A stretch of 62,465 nucleotides of DNA, the filler included, from Chiloscyllium plagiosum (taxonomy: Eukaryota): the NCBI RefSeq assembly GCF_004010195.1. It is 4 parts of one record of this genome, joined end to end, with 100 filler letters (N's around TTAATTAATTAA, not from the genome) between each part and the next. Parts side by side here need not be neighbours in the genome. Positions count along the whole stretch, not along the records: positions 1 to 16,494 come from NC_057716.1; 3 more parts are not named here. One strand, written 5' to 3'. A model generated the notes under the pieces. It was not told the DNA's origin. It did not search any database and worked only from the letters and a program-made list of their open reading frames with translations. The position numbers were made by a program, and so were the translations under genes. Shown in pieces: positions 1-13,130 of this stretch (positions are counted from its first letter, which is position 1; the number at the start of each line of letters is the position of its first letter).

Positions 1-203
1 GCGGACAGCTGGAACTGACAACCGGAAGCGGCAGATACAAATCACTATAAATGCCGGAGGAAAGATCACAGAAGCGCTTCACAGGAGGCTCCGAAGCACT
101 GAGGATGTCACCTAGACAGGGGACAAAACGTCTGCAACACAAGTTCCCAGCTCGGCGAACAGAACCACAACAACGAGCACCCGAGCTACAAATCTTCTCC
201 CAA
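1..203 (+). mobile_element. Penelope-like element 3' terminus (family B) with a mutated hammerhead motif
   Basis: Reverse-complement homologue of 16278-16494. Contains gca-CTGAGGA-stemII-AAAACGTC-tgc at 96-135. Confidence 0.7.
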
Positions 204-754
204 ACATTAAGGACACTGTCGGTCAACCTACAGCACGTAAACTGCAGCAGCTCACCATCACCTTTTCAACAGCACCAGGGTTGGGTAAGTAATGTTGACC
301 AGCCAGCAATGTCCACGTCCCACAAATGAAGAATAGAGTCACATTCATAGTCACACAGCATAGAAACAAACCCTTCAGGCCAACCAGTCCATGCTGAATA
401 TAATCCCAAACCAAACAATCCCACCTGCATGCTCCTGACCTATATTACCTCCAAAACTATTAATGTACTTATCTCAGCGTTAATTTAAAAAAATCTTTAT
501 TCTGACACTAGTTCTCGAATCTTAGAACAGGGAAATATTCTTCCAAGATCCTGTCAAACCTGAGGAATTTTTCAACATTTCAATGCAATCACCTCTCATT
601 CTTCCAGATTCCAGGTAATGTAGGCTATTTTACTCAATGTCACGTTAGACTAAAACACGTTTCCTCAGAATCAGTCTGCTGAACCTGCAGAGCACCAACA
701 CATTATTCCTTAAACACAGAGATCAAAATTGCATATTGAGTACTCAAACAGTGG

Positions 755-925
755 ATGAGAAGTGTGGTGCTAGAAAAACACAGCAGGCCAGGCAGCATCC
801 GAGGAGCAGGAGAATCGATGTTTCGGGCATAAGCCCTTCTTCAGGATGCTGCCTGGCCTGCTGTGTTTTTCCAGCACCACACTTCTCAACTCTGGTCTCC
901 AGCATCTGCAGTCCTCACTTTCTCC
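755..925. mobile_element. Fold-back PLE-derived mini-element (family A)
   Basis: Inverted arms. 14-bp TSD tactcaaacagtgg at 741-754 and 926-939. Hammerhead-like motif on the minus strand at 814-847. Confidence 0.8.
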
Positions 926-1123
926 TACTCAAACAGTGGTCTCACCAACTTATACAATTGAGAGTTATTATTACTCTCCTATGCCAAACTGTATATAATT
1001 AACGCTAATGCACAATTTTCTTGTTGCATTTTTGTTAACTGTCAGCATCACGCATAAGGGCACCCAGGTCCTTCTGAATAAAAGATTGCCTAATATTTCA
1101 TCATGTGGGGAAAAAAAACTGTT

Positions 1124-1695
1124 TGTCACAAAGCTAGTCCTTTTTCTTTTCTAAAAGCTGTTCCTTGGTTCAAGGATACTCTGTCCTTGATTTTTTTCAG
1201 AGGGTAATAAACCAGATGAGATTTCAGGCCAAAGTGGTCATGATTTAGAAGTGACCTGTATAATGAAAGGGGAGTGGTCAGCTCGCGAGGTAAGCTAAGC
1301 AGTTTTGGTTCAGTCTTGAACTGGTTGGAAGTTCAACAGGGAGCTGTGTGGAAACTCACTCTTTTTCTGCCCTTCAACTTCAATCTGTAGGCACGTGTTC
1401 CATTTATACTGGCTTTTAAAGGGAGTTTGCTTACTGGGACTGTTCCGTATATTTGGAACAGCATAATTAAGTCTAGTTGGATAGGCTGCATTGTGTAGGG
1501 GTTCTTTATTCTGTTCTTTGTGTTTCATTGTATACTATTGTGAATAAATTTTGTATGTTTTAAAATCTAGCAGTCAACCTAACTAATTTAATCCGGGTAA
1601 TTTTCTGTACACTTCCCGAAACAAATTGCAAAAGTTATGGTCTAAGCTGCCTGCTTAAGAATGTGTTTTTGAGTGGTCTGGCTTAGTCCATAATA
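1124..1695 (+). mobile_element. Probable solo LTR
   Basis: Begins TGTCAC and ends CATAATA (degenerate ...CA). Flanks tgtt/tgct. Internal TATAAT near 1258 and AATAAA near 1543. Interrupts a decayed CR1-like fragment. Confidence 0.5.
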
Positions 1696-2695
1696 TGCTC
1701 TATATTTGCTTCCAAAGTTGTTAACTTCATACTTCCGTACACTATATTCCATCTGCACTGTCCTTACCCGCAATCTATCTTTGTGCAGTCTTCAGTTTGT
1801 GAATGGGTTCTGTTCTGGAGTCTATTCAGGAGTCAATTTGTACACAAGTCAGAACACGACGTTGGATAATATAAAGTAGCTGTTCACGAGTACCTGAGCG
1901 CTCATAAGTCAGACGGTCATATGTCAGGGACTTCCTAATTCTCACTTTTCACCTCCTCAAACAGCCATTTTGTTTAAATGTATGCCCATTGTGCTGATGA
2001 TATCTACTGGCGTTAAAGTGCATCATATTCTCTTTGTACTACAATGGGAAGGCATTCATGGAGAACCTAAGAATTTTGATGAGCATGCCATTTGACGCCT
2101 CTGTTTGCTCTGTTATTCGATAAGAATGTGGAGATCTGATTGTGACCTTAACTTAACATTCCAACGTATGCACCAAATAGATTCTTGATGAAAAGGCTCC
2201 ACTGCTCTGAGTGAGAATTCCAAAACTGACTATCCTGAGTAAAACAAAACTCCTCATCTCTATCTTGACTCCTTACTTTTAAACCAGGTCCTCTAGTTCT
2301 AGTTCTAAATAAAAACCATAAGAACCTTGAAAGCTTCAAATCAGAAACAAAAACAGAAATTGCTGAAAAAGCTCAGCAGGTCTGGCAGCATTTGCAGAGA
2401 GAAGTCAGAGTTAGCATTTCAAGTCGAGTCACCCTTCCTGTGCAATCATAGAAAAATATCCCTGCTGTTACATTCCATTCCCCTCACCAGTAAATGAAAA
2501 CATTCCATTTGACTTCTTAAATCAGTAATATTGTGATTTATGTGTGAAGACACAAAATCCCTCTGCACATCAGACTTCTGCAATCCCATTTAAAATATTG
2601 TTTTTTTTTTATTCTTCCTGCCAAAGTGGGCAAGTACATATTCTTCAATAGTATAAACCATCAAATATTTCCCACTCAAACTATCTACAGCCTTA

Positions 2696-2908
2696 GTCGA
2701 GAGTGTGGTACTGGAAAATCACAGCAGGTCAGGCAGTATCCAAGGAGCAGGAGAATCGATGTTTTGGGCATAAGCCCTTCAGCAGGAAGGGCTTATGCCT
2801 GAAATGTCTATTTCCCTGCTCCTCGGTTGCTGCCTGACCTGCTGTGCTTTTCCAGTAGCACACTCTCGCTTCTGATCTCCAGTATCTGCAGTTCTTATTT
2901 TTCCTTTA
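2696..2908. mobile_element. Fold-back PLE-derived mini-element (family A)
   Basis: Inverted arms of about 100 bp. TSD tacagcctta at 2686-2695 and 2909-2918. Confidence 0.8.
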
Positions 2909-3589
2909 TACAGCCTTACTATAGCTGAAAAAGGCATTTTGTCAAAATGTTTCTTCTTGCACTCATCAGGACATTCACAATAATGTCAATGTAAAGGGAT
3001 CAACAGCTTTATATCGTGTGACAAGAGAGTTGGTTGGCAAGTAACTCTGATTGGTAAAGGTACTGCAGTGGAGAAGGGGCCTGTTAGATTATGATTGACA
3101 ATTCATTGCTGGATTTTGCATTAATTTAAACAAGTAGGACTGATTGGTACTGACCAAAAACAACAAGCCTGTGCTTGCAAAAATTCTTAACAGTATCTTT
3201 CAATGTGATCCCATGCTTGATAACATTCACTAAATTATCCTGTGTACTCAGATTAACGCTGACAATCAAGATCACAATATAGCATATTTGTGCTAACTGA
3301 AAGCTGTATTTATTGACACACAGGGCCCCATTCTTTGTAGACAAAAAGAATATGCCCATATTGTATCTGTTTTAACTTAAATTAAGTGATCATTCTTTGG
3401 TTCATCCCTTAGAGTAATGCTGTGACCAGAGTCAACTTACATGGCTTTTTTTTTAAAAAACAAAGCTTGGCATTTAATTGTCATTCATTATTATAAGACA
3501 TGTCATAAGAAATAAATAGGCCATTTAGTCCACGGAGTCTGCTCCACTGTTCAATGAGATCATGGTTGATGTGAAAATCCTCAAATCCT

Positions 3590-4205
3590 CCACTAACAAC
3601 ACCTATTGACCAGAAACTCAACTGGACTCACCAGATGAATACAGTGGTGACAAAAGCAAGTCACACGATAGGAACTCTGCAGTGAATAACATACCTCCTG
3701 ACTCCCCAAAGTCTGTCCTATAAGGAATGTGTCAGGAGTGTGATGGAATAGTTCCCGTTTGCCTGGATGGATGCAGCTCCAGCAAAGGTCAAGCAGCATG
3801 ACACCATCCAGGAGAAAACTTCCTGCTTAATTGACACCACATCCGGTCCCTTCACTATTGAAGCTCAGTAGCAGCAGTGTCTCTCATCTACAAGATGCAC
3901 TGCAGAAATTCAAAAGATCCTCAGACAGCACCTTCTAAACTCAACCATTTTGATCTAGAAGGACAAGGGCAGCCACCACTGGAAGTTCTCCAAGCCACTC
4001 ACAATCCTGACTTGGAAATATATCGCCATTCCCTCACGTCATTGGGTCAAAATCCTGGAATTCACTCCCTACGGACATTCTGACTCAACCTGCAGCACGT
4101 GGACTGCAGCAGTTCAAAAAGAAAGCTCACCAACACCTTCTCAAGGGCAAATAGAGATGGAAAATAAATGCTTGCTCAGCCAGTGATATCGCTTCACATG
4201 AGTGA
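3590..4205 (+). mobile_element. Old CR1/L2-group LINE 3' fragment
   Basis: Decayed post-RT coding sequence. Its 3' end resembles 225-330. Confidence 0.5.
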
Positions 4206-4219
4206 ATTATAAAAAAACT

Positions 4220-5312
4220 TTACAGAACTGGCTCAAAGGTAGAAGACAGAGGGTGGTGGTGGTGGTGGAGAGTTTTTTTTTAGACTGGAGGCCTGTGACC
4301 AGTGGAGTGCCACAAGGATCGGTGCTGGGTCCTCTACTTTTTGTCATTTACATAAATGATTTGGATGTGAGTATAAGAGGTATAGTTAGTAACTTTGCTA
4401 ATGACACCAAAATTGGAGGTGTAATGGACAGCGATGAAAGTTACCTCAGATTACAACCAGATGTTGATCAAATGGCCCAATGGGCTGAGAAGTGGCAGAT
4501 GGAGTTTAAATTTAGATAAATGTGAGGTGCTGCAATTTTAGGAAAGCAAATCTTAGCAGGACTTATATACTTAATGTTAAGGTCCTAGGGAGTGTTGCTC
4601 AACAAAAAGGCCTTGGACTGCAGGTTCATAGCTCCTTGAAAGTGGAGTCGCAGGTAGATAGGATAGTGAAGATGACGTTTGGTATGCTTTCCTTTATTGG
4701 TCAGAGTATTGAGTACAGGAGTTGGGAGGTCATGTTGTGGCTGTACAAGACATTGGTTAGGCCACTGTTGGAATATTGTATGCAATTGTGGTCTCCTTCC
4801 TATCGGAAAGATGTTGTGAAGCTTGAAAGAGTTCAGAAAAGATTTACAAGGATGTTGACAGGATTGGAGGATTTGAGCTATCAGGAGAGGTTGAATAGGC
4901 TGGGGCTGTTTTCCCTGGAGCGTCAGAGGCTGAGGGGTGACCTCATACAGGCTTATGAAATCATGAGGGATATGGATAGGATAAATAGACAAAGTCTTTT
5001 CCCTGGGGTGGGGGAGTCCAGAATTAGATGGCATAGGCTTAGGGTGAGAGGGGAAAGATTTAAAGAGACCTAAGGGACAACCTGTTCACTCAGAAGGTGG
5101 TGCGTGTATGGAATGTACTGCCAGAGGAAGTGTTGGAGGTTAGTACAATTGTAACATTTAAAAGGCATCTGGATGGGTATATGAATAGGAAGGGTTTGGA
5201 GGGATATGGGCCAGATGCTGGCAGGTGGGACTAGATCAGGTTGGGATACCTGGTCGGCATGGACAAGTTGGACCAAAAGGGTCTGTTTCCATGCTGTATA
5301 TCTCCATGACTC
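4220..5312 (+). mobile_element. CR1 LINE, 5'-truncated (RT and 3' UTR)
   Basis: [41 protein letters not shown] and RLRGDLI motifs, with frameshifts. Confidence 0.92.
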
Positions 5313-6048
5313 TAAGAATCTGGATTCCCTTACTGACTAAAAATTTGTCAATAATACTCATTAACCCATTTTCTACAGCCCTCTGTAGTAAAGAATTTCA
5401 CAAATTTACTAACCTTTAGAAGAAATTCCTCCTCTAGTTCTAGATTCTACCAAAGGGAAACAATCTTTCCCATCTAGCCTGATAAATCCACTAGGAATCC
5501 TGTATGTTTCAATAAGATCTCCTCTTATCCTTCTAAAATCCAATAACTACAGGCTCAACCTACTCAACCTCTCTTCATAAGAAAATACCTCCATGACCAG
5601 GATCACCTAGCAAATCTACTCTGGACTGTCTCCAATGCCAATATATCTTTCCTTAGACAAAGATACTAAGGTAGCTCACATGATTCCAGTTGTAGTCTTG
5701 ACTAGAGCTTTTAATAGTTTTAGCAAAACCTCCCTATTTTTGTATTCCATTCCTCTTTAAATAAATCCAATGCATTCTCTATGACATCCCACTACCAGAG
5801 TCCCTTTGTTGTTCCCTTTTACATTGGACTCTTTGCAAAAGTCATGAGTGCAAAATGAAAAGCCTACACAAATGTTTTTCAACAAAACTCAACTTCTAAA
5901 CCACCAAATTACTACTTCTATCTACGTCCTTTTTCAGACTCCTTATGTTTTCCTCATGGCTTACTTTCTGACCTATCTTTGTGTCATCAAATTTAACAAT
6001 CATATTTTGATTCCCGTATCCAAGTCATTGACATAAATTGCAAATAGG

Positions 6049-7075
6049 TAAAAACAATGACTGCAGATGCTGGAAACCAGATTCTGGATCAGTGGTGCTG
6101 GAAGAGCACAGCAGTTCAGGCAGCATCCGACGAGCAGCAAAATCGACGTTTCAGGCAAAAGCCCTTCATCAGGAATAAAGGCAGAAAGCCTGAAGCGTGG
6201 AGAGATAAGCTAGAGGAGGGTGGGGGTGGGGAGAAAGTAGCATAGAGTACAATGGGTGAGTGGGGGAGGGGATGAAGGTGATAGGTCAGGGAGGAGAGGN
6301 NNNNNNNNNNNNNNNNNNNNNNNNNNNNNNNNNNNNNNNNNNNNNNNNNNNNNNNNNNNNNNNNNNNNNNNNNNNNNNNNNNNNNNNNNNNNNNNNNNNN
6401 NNNNNNNNNNNNNNNNNNNNNNNNNNNNNNNNNNNNNNNNNNNNNNNNNNNNNNNNNNNNNNNNNNNNNNNNNNNNNNNNNNNNNNNNNNNNNNNNNNNN
6501 NNNNNNNNNNNNNNNNNNNNNNNNNNNNNNNNNNNNNNNNNNNNNNNNNNNNNNNNNNNNNNNNNNNNNNNNNNNNNNNNNNNNNNNNNNNNNNNNNNNN
6601 NNNNNNNNNNNNNNNNNNNNNNNNNNNNNNNNNNNNNNNNNNNNNNNNNNNNNNNNNNNNNNNNNNNNNNNNNNNNNNNNNNNNNNNNNNNNNNNNNNNN
6701 NNNNNNNNNNNNNNNNNNNNNNNNNNNNNNNNNNNNNNNNNNNNNNNNNNNNNNNNNNNNNNNNNNNNNNNNNNNNNNNNNNNNNNNNNNTCCACATTGA
6801 TGCCCTGGGGTTGAAGTGTTCCGAGGCGGAAGATGAGGCGTTCTTCCTCCAGGCGTCTGGTGGTGAGGGAGCGGTGGTGAAGGAGGCCCAGGACCTCCAT
6901 GTCCTCGGCAGAGTGGGAGGGGGAGTTGAAATGTTGGGCCACGGGGCGGTTTGGTTGATTGGTGCGGGTGTCTCGGAGATGTTCCCCTAAAGCGCTTGCT
7001 AGGAGGCGCCCAGTCTCCCCAATGTAGAGGAGACCGCATCGGGAGCAACGGATACAATAAATGATATTAGTGGAT
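6049..7075 (-). mobile_element. Penelope-like (Neptune-type) 3' portion: GIY-YIG endonuclease and terminal repeat, spanning an N gap
   Basis: NIIYCIRCSRCGLLYIGETGR..GEHL..VAQHFN..EERLIFRLGTLQPQGIN. Terminal hammerhead motif at 6141-6176. Confidence 0.88.
6300..6790. other. Assembly gap (N run)
   Basis: Uninterrupted Ns. Confidence 0.99.
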
Positions 7076-7093
7076 AAAACCAAAATTTGAATT

Positions 7094-7306
7094 CAAGATT
7101 AGAGTGGTGCTGGAAAAGCACAGCAGGTCAGGCAGCATCCGAGGAACAGGAAAATCGACGTTTTGGGCAAAAGGCCTACATTCCTGATGACGGGCTTTTG
7201 CCTGAAACGTCGATTTTCCTGCTCCTCGGATGCTGCCTGACCCGCTGTACTTTTCCAGCATTGCTCTAATCTTGACTCTAATCTCAGCATCTGCAGTACC
7301 CACCTG
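7094..7306. mobile_element. Fold-back PLE-derived mini-element (family A)
   Basis: Inverted arms. Perfect 14-bp TSD ccaaaatttgaatt at 7080-7093 and 7307-7320. Plus-strand CTGATGA-cgggcttttgcct-GAAACGTC at 7184-7211. Confidence 0.85.
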
Positions 7307-8379
7307 CCAAAATTTGAATTGTCTTACAGTGCCAGAGTAAAAGAACTAACCAGCAGCATAACTTAATGCTCAGGACAGATGAGAGATGGGCAACCATTCC
7401 TCACAAACACCAAAATGTGAACCGAAAGGTCAAGTTACTTGAACTCTAAGAAAAAACTTAAATTGTGTGACAAGAGCACGTCTACAAGAGAAGCATTACA
7501 GTTATTACCAACAAAACTCATCTAGAAATGTAAACATAAAATTGCAAAATGATATTTTACATATTGTACTCAAACCCAAAAATGTTAGATTATGGAGACT
7601 GATTGCCTTTAAGTCCCAAAGCTACCATGGAAGTTAAGGAGGTGCATAATCTTAAATTCCAACTAAAATAACAAGTTAATAAGGCTTGTGTGAGGAATGT
7701 ATGTGAATCCTAATTATTGAAATTTCTACATGCCTTTACCTGTACTGCACTTAGCAGAAAATGAAGGACAGTGATAGCCAATAGTATTGACAGGATGGCT
7801 GCAACGAAGTGCTTGTTCCAGCAATGACTTGTTTAAAGAGATTCAAAGCAAGTCTCAAATTTGATAATAATGACCAGACACACCAAACTGAAATACTGAT
7901 CTACTAAAGAATCATGCAGAAATCTGAATAAAGCTGTTTCAGTTCATGATGATAATGATTCCCAGATGATGTAGCCTATAAGTATCAAAACGGTTACATG
8001 CTAATGATACTATAGTTTCATTGTTGTTTTTACTGTTTATTTTCATGATTAGGTTGTCTTGACAACCTGCAGAGATTATATAAATCAGGTATGATAAAAG
8101 GCTGATCTATAAATGCTGTTATACTTTGGGAGATATTTCAATAAAGAATAATTATATAATAAGTTGCCCTTCAGAGGGTTGGTGTGGACTTGTTGGGCCA
8201 AAGGGCCTGTTTCCACACTGTAGGGAATCTAATCTAAGCTGTAGATCTATCACAGAACTAAAGATTTAGGCAAAAATCGAGAAGAGTTTTGTCAATCAAG
8301 AAACAGAAAGTCTCACAACCACTATCATCAAGTTAGGGAAGCAATTTCGACAAGCATCTCATATAGTGCTGTGTTGGAT

Positions 8380-8686
8380 ATAGAGTCATAGAGATGTACA
8401 GCATGGAAACAGACCCTTCGGTCCAACCTGTCCATGCCGACCAGATATCCCACACAATCTAGTCCCACCTGCCAGCACCAAGCCCAATCCCTCCAAACCC
8501 TTCCTATTCATATACCCATCCAAATGCCTCTTAAATGTTGCAATTGTACCAGCATCCACCACTTCCTCTGGCAGCTCATTCCATACATGTACCACCCTCT
8601 GCTTGAAAAAGTTGCCCTTAGGTCTCTTTTATATCTTTCCCCTCTCACCTTAAACCTACGCCCTCTTTTCTGGACTCCCCGACCCT
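8380..8686 (-). mobile_element. CR1 3' end
   Basis: VWNELPEEVVDAGTIATFKRHLDGYM plus the shared 3' UTR. Confidence 0.88.
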
Positions 8687-9292
8687 AGTGAACTGAACTA
8701 GATGCTTCATTGTCTCAAATATCCACCAGACAGGAATATCTACACAAGGTTGGCCATATTATTGCAATATGTACCCAAGCGGGAAATAGACTGTATTTCA
8801 TGCTTATCAGGTTGCTGAAGTCATCAAAATTGACAGTACAAACCTGAAATACCACAGAGACAGAAAGAATTAGGGCCTAAATCAGTTTATCACCCTATAA
8901 AATAAGGCATCACCCCAAATAAACTCTCCTGTTGCTCACCTATCATTATCGTAAAGGTACAAAGCTTAGAGATAGAGGGGTTTGGCCCTTATGTTTAATT
9001 TTCCTACCAAATGATAAGGAGGAGACAAACTGGAAATCCAGGGAAGTGAAAATTCTCCAGTGGACAGAATCAGAGGTGTAGCATTCCACACAGGGACACT
9101 GCAGTCAGTCAAAGTGCGTTGCAAAAATGTATCTCTTGTTGCTGTTTGCAGTACAGTCTAAAACTTTACAAACTAGTGGAACAGGTAGTACTTATCTGGT
9201 ACAATGTCACAACACTAATGTCAGAAGCAGTCAATCTCTGGCAAGATCAAGTCTCATTTACACGAGTGCCATTACAAAGACAATGCCAGATA

Positions 9293-9936
9293 CAGGTAAT
9301 GCTCCTTTAACACTGTAGTTGCATTCCAATGAAACCTCACTTAATAGAAAATCGCTTAATAGAAATGATGAGGCCTATGGGAAAAGTGGAGGGAGGGACA
9401 GACCAGCAAAAAAAAAATCACTCAATTGCTCAAAAATCATCCAAAAGCCTAACACAAAGTATAGCACAACCTGAACGAAGGTTTAAATCAAACTTATTAA
9501 CAAAACAAAAGTAAATTTAACACATTACGTTGAAAAAATATTGTTAATACAGGGACAGAGGGTCATCATCATCACCACCACCTTCAGGTGCAGTTTTGCT
9601 CTGGATAGCTGTGGTTCATTGTCTTCTGACTGTTTCTTAGAGGTTAATTTAAAGGATATTATACAAGAATATTCTTATCTGAGAGGGAGAGCAGTGAACA
9701 TTCATTTGTTTAATCTTTGAGATGAAGCTGCTCAATATATACTCCTGTACCTCTTACATGCTCTAACAGCAGCTGACATCGGCGCACAAGCAGAACCGAG
9801 TGCATGAAACAATCGCCGCTGGAATCATGCTATTGCGAACAGAGGCAAGCATTCTCGAAAATACCATTCCCTACTTCTTCAGCAGTGTTATAGCCAAATC
9901 GCATTGCTGAAACATGCTTTATAAGAGAACTACCTG
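9293..9936. mobile_element. Non-autonomous Tc1/mariner (pogo/Tigger-like) DNA transposon
   Basis: TA-CAGGTAATGCTCCTTTAA ... TTATAAGAGAACTACCTG-TA: imperfect TIRs with a TA duplication and no ORF. Confidence 0.7.
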
Positions 9937-11161
9937 TATCCAAATCTAACTAAAACATGTATTACAATATTCTACATTTTTCCAACACAGCTGCATACAA
10001 TACCACCTCTCCGCCTCCAATTACTTGAGAAGTTTCTGTTGTGCCATTTTCCCCATATATGGCATTACCATTGCATTGTCCAACAGAACCCTATCAGCAA
10101 TAATGATCTTTAAAACAATTCACATTATGTAAAACTTCTTTGCCTGTAATTTAAAAGTACTTGCACTGAAGTGGCAGATCTCACCTCATCTTCAAAATGT
10201 TTAGCTATTCACAATTTAAAAGATCAACTGCAAACATTACCTCATATACACTAGTGACACCCACTCTGCCTCACCATCATTTACTTTGATCTCCTCTGCC
10301 CTGTGCCTGACATCTACATTTGGAAGAATTACAATCTTATGCAGTCAAATGTTGTGAAGGTCAAGATTATTGCCTTTGGCCCCTCAAGAAATTCATCACC
10401 CTTGCTACTAATTTGATCAGCCAACACCCAAGGCTGACTCAGAATGTCACTTGTATCTGTTCATCTGCTGCTGGAAACACTGATCCACATCAAGACTTGG
10501 CCAGTGCAGTGCTCAGCTCACCAGCCTCATCCCCAACATACACAATATATTTCAGCTCATCCAGCACATTGAATCCATGTCCTAATGTGTTCTAAATCCC
10601 TCATTGTCCAGGATTAGCTCCTGTTGCATTCAAATTTTAAATTCTTCATATTGATATCCCTTTATGGCTGAGACCTTCCATCTTTGTACCCCAAGCAGGA
10701 TGGTTAGAGTAATAGAAAACTAGAAACAATACAGCTAGCAACCATTCCTGATCTCTTTTGAAGAACAGAATTTTTAACTTCTGTAAACTGAAGAAAGGAA
10801 TAAGAATACCTCAACAAGCGGTGTAGATTCAAACGACACAGGAAATAAAACACAATTATGCATGCTTTAACAATGCCAACGTATTAATAATCTCCAATTT
10901 TTTAATTCCCTTACAAGTTCATACAACGAAATCAAAGTGCTTTGTACTCAATTTGCAATGGCAGAAAAGTGCAGTTTTGGATGTAAGTGAATTCCCTCAC
11001 ATTTCAGCATGGTGCATGTTTTCTACACACGTTACTTTTGTCTCTCCTGCTGCACAGTGTGAAGTTGGATCTTGCATATCAGCATCTGTGAAATAGTTGG
11101 CAATTATAAAAGTAGATGTCAACATTTTGATAAGTCACAAAGTTTGTTAAGAAAGTTTTAC

Positions 11162-11425
11162 CTTTAGGTGGCAGTTGAGCTGTAATATTCATATTACACA
11201 AATTGCCATGACAACATTCTACTGTCTGATCTGCTGATGGTGGAGTCTTGCATGTCAGCTTACTCTGTTCATAAACTTGGAAGCAGCCTTTTTGATAAAC
11301 TGGATGACCATCATTTATGCTCAATGATGCGAAACACTGCTGCCCTACACACTGATCCTCTCCTCCACAAAACATCCCTTCACACACGCACTTATAGAGG
11401 CCTGCACTTAATTTTGGCTTCTCCT
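11162..11425 (-). CDS. ACVR1: Activin receptor type-1 (ALK2), extracellular Cys-rich ligand-binding exon
   Basis: 264-nt phase 1/1 exon bounded by ttttgtttttcag| and AAAG|gtaaaa. Encodes [87 protein letters not shown], a close match to the ACVR1 ectodomain with its CCxxxxCN Cys box. Confidence 0.97.
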
Positions 11426-11648
11426 CTGAAAAACAAAAGTTCAAAAATAAAGTGAGCCATTGGAAAATTCTTAAGAAGCAACTAATCAAGCCCATGACAA
11501 CAGGTAACATAATAACTATGAATCACTAACACAAAAAGTACTAAAGGTCAATCATAACTGTCCGTACATCCTTCTCACAATAGTTCCAAACGTATAAAAT
11601 CTCAAAACCACGATACTTAAGTGGTATCAGGGGGAAGGTAATAGAGTA

Positions 11649-11931
11649 GATTAGATTAGATTCCCTACAGTGTGGAAACAGGCCCTTCGGCCCAACAAGC
11701 CCACACCGACCCTCTGAAGAGTAACCCAACCAGTCCCATTTCCCTCGGACTAATGCACCTAACACTATGGGCAATTTAGCACAGCCAATTCACCTGACCT
11801 GCGCACCTTTGGACTGTGGGAGGAAACCCACGCAGACATGAGGAGAATGTGCAAACTCCACACAGACAGTCATCCAAGGCTGGAATCGAACCTGGAACTC
11901 TGGTGCTATGAGGCAGCACTGAGCCACCGTA
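11649..11931 (-). mobile_element. HE1-like tRNA-derived V-SINE
   Basis: A box TGGCTCAGTG, B box GGTTCGATTCC, V-domain tgtgtggagtttgca..ctgcgtgggtttcctcc, CR1-like tail and (TCTAA)n end. A tail-only copy lies at about 8170-8236. Confidence 0.85.
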
Positions 11932-11939
11932 CTGTAAAG

Positions 11940-13130
11940 GTAATGTCTAAATCAGAGTCCAAGGGGACATGAATTTGAATCTCACCGTGGCAAATGGTGA
12001 AATTTGAATTTGATGAAAATCTGGAACTAAACCTTAGACTAAAAGCAACTATGTAACCATTGTTAATTGTAGTAAATGCCCATTTGGTCACTACTGTCTT
12101 TTAGGCAAGAAAAGCCGTTATCGAGGGGTGACCTTATAGAAGTTTATACAATGATAAGGAGCATGGGGAGGAGTCCAGAACTAGAGGGTATATCCACAAA
12201 AGACTCCTGCAATAGCTACCTATCTCTCTTACCTTTGCTGGAGTTAACCCATCTATGTGACTGTATCTGAGACTTTCCCCCACTTCCTACAACTGCCATC
12301 CATCACATACTGTTGCTGTTGCAGTTGCAAATTCCTCATTGCTTCTAACTGCCTCTCCAACTGATCCATTTGATCTGATAAGATTCGCAGCCAACAGCAT
12401 TTATGGCAGATATAATCCACAGTAACCCTTAAACTCTCCTCAAACTCCCACATCTGACAAGAAGTACATATCACTCTATTAAAGGCCATTTTTGCTCCTT
12501 CATAATCTATAGACCCAGAAAATAACACCGTCTTATTCCTCTACAAACACTGCCCCAGGTTAAATTAATAGTTATGGCTTATATTTTAAGTTTAATCAAG
12601 AGACATATCTCCAAAAAACAAACAAAATCAAGAAAGACGCCACTCTACTCACTATTGCCGATTCTCTGCAGGCCACACTTAAAACAACGATTAACTTATC
12701 CGATTCTGTGCTGTGAACTTCACCCAACAATTCCTCCAAGATCAATTGTGAATTTCACTGTTTGTTAATTTTCCCAGATGCACTCCTAAAGGGGCAACTT
12801 TTTCACGCAGATTGGTGTGTGCATGGAATGAGCTGCCAGAGGACATGTGGAAGCTGGTACAATTACAATATTTAAAAGACATCTGGATGGGTATGTAAAT
12901 CGGAAGGGTTTAGAGACGTATGGGCCAAGTGCTGTCAAATGGGACTCGATTAATTTAGGATCTCTGGTCGACATGGATGAGTTGGACCAAAGGGTCTGTT
13001 CCCGTGTGTGTCTCTATGACTGTACGGTTACACCTAAGTGTGATCCCGGACACACATCAATGTGGTTGACTGTCTTTTAAAATGGCCCAGTCAGCCATGC
13101 AGTTCAAGGGCAAACTATGCTGGCTCAGCA
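11940..13130 (+). mobile_element. Deu/SacSINE1-like SINE split by CR1 fragments
   Basis: Head at 11940-12110 and tail at 13040-13130 are homologous to an uninterrupted inverted copy at 45290-45540. The insert comprises a CR1 5'/ORF1 piece (12180-12785, minus) and a CR1 3' end (12786-13025, plus). Confidence 0.5.

Noticed and set aside
6116..7083. Long ORFs of 184-313 aa in the ORF track
   Set aside because: Inflated by the N gap. Only the GIY-YIG frame is meaningful.
741..7320. Repeated palindromic units as a CRISPR-like or prokaryotic system
   Set aside because: They are dispersed and TSD-flanked, with no repeat-spacer periodicity and no cas genes. The DNA is eukaryotic with spliced exons.
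7738..7890. Hydrophobic minus-strand frame (HFVAAILSILLAITVLHFLLSAVQ) ending at CAG|gtaaag, a candidate ACVR1 transmembrane exon
   Set aside because: An in-frame stop lies just upstream, and the expected basic juxtamembrane and GDSTL sequence is absent.
11426..11510. N-terminal extension [16 protein letters not shown].. of the ACVR1 ORF, which looks like a signal peptide
   Set aside because: It is intron read-through: a canonical acceptor precedes 11425 and the true signal-peptide exon is at 14943-15016.
11870..11931. tRNA gene
   Set aside because: A and B boxes belong to a SINE head with an internal deletion, and no cloverleaf forms.
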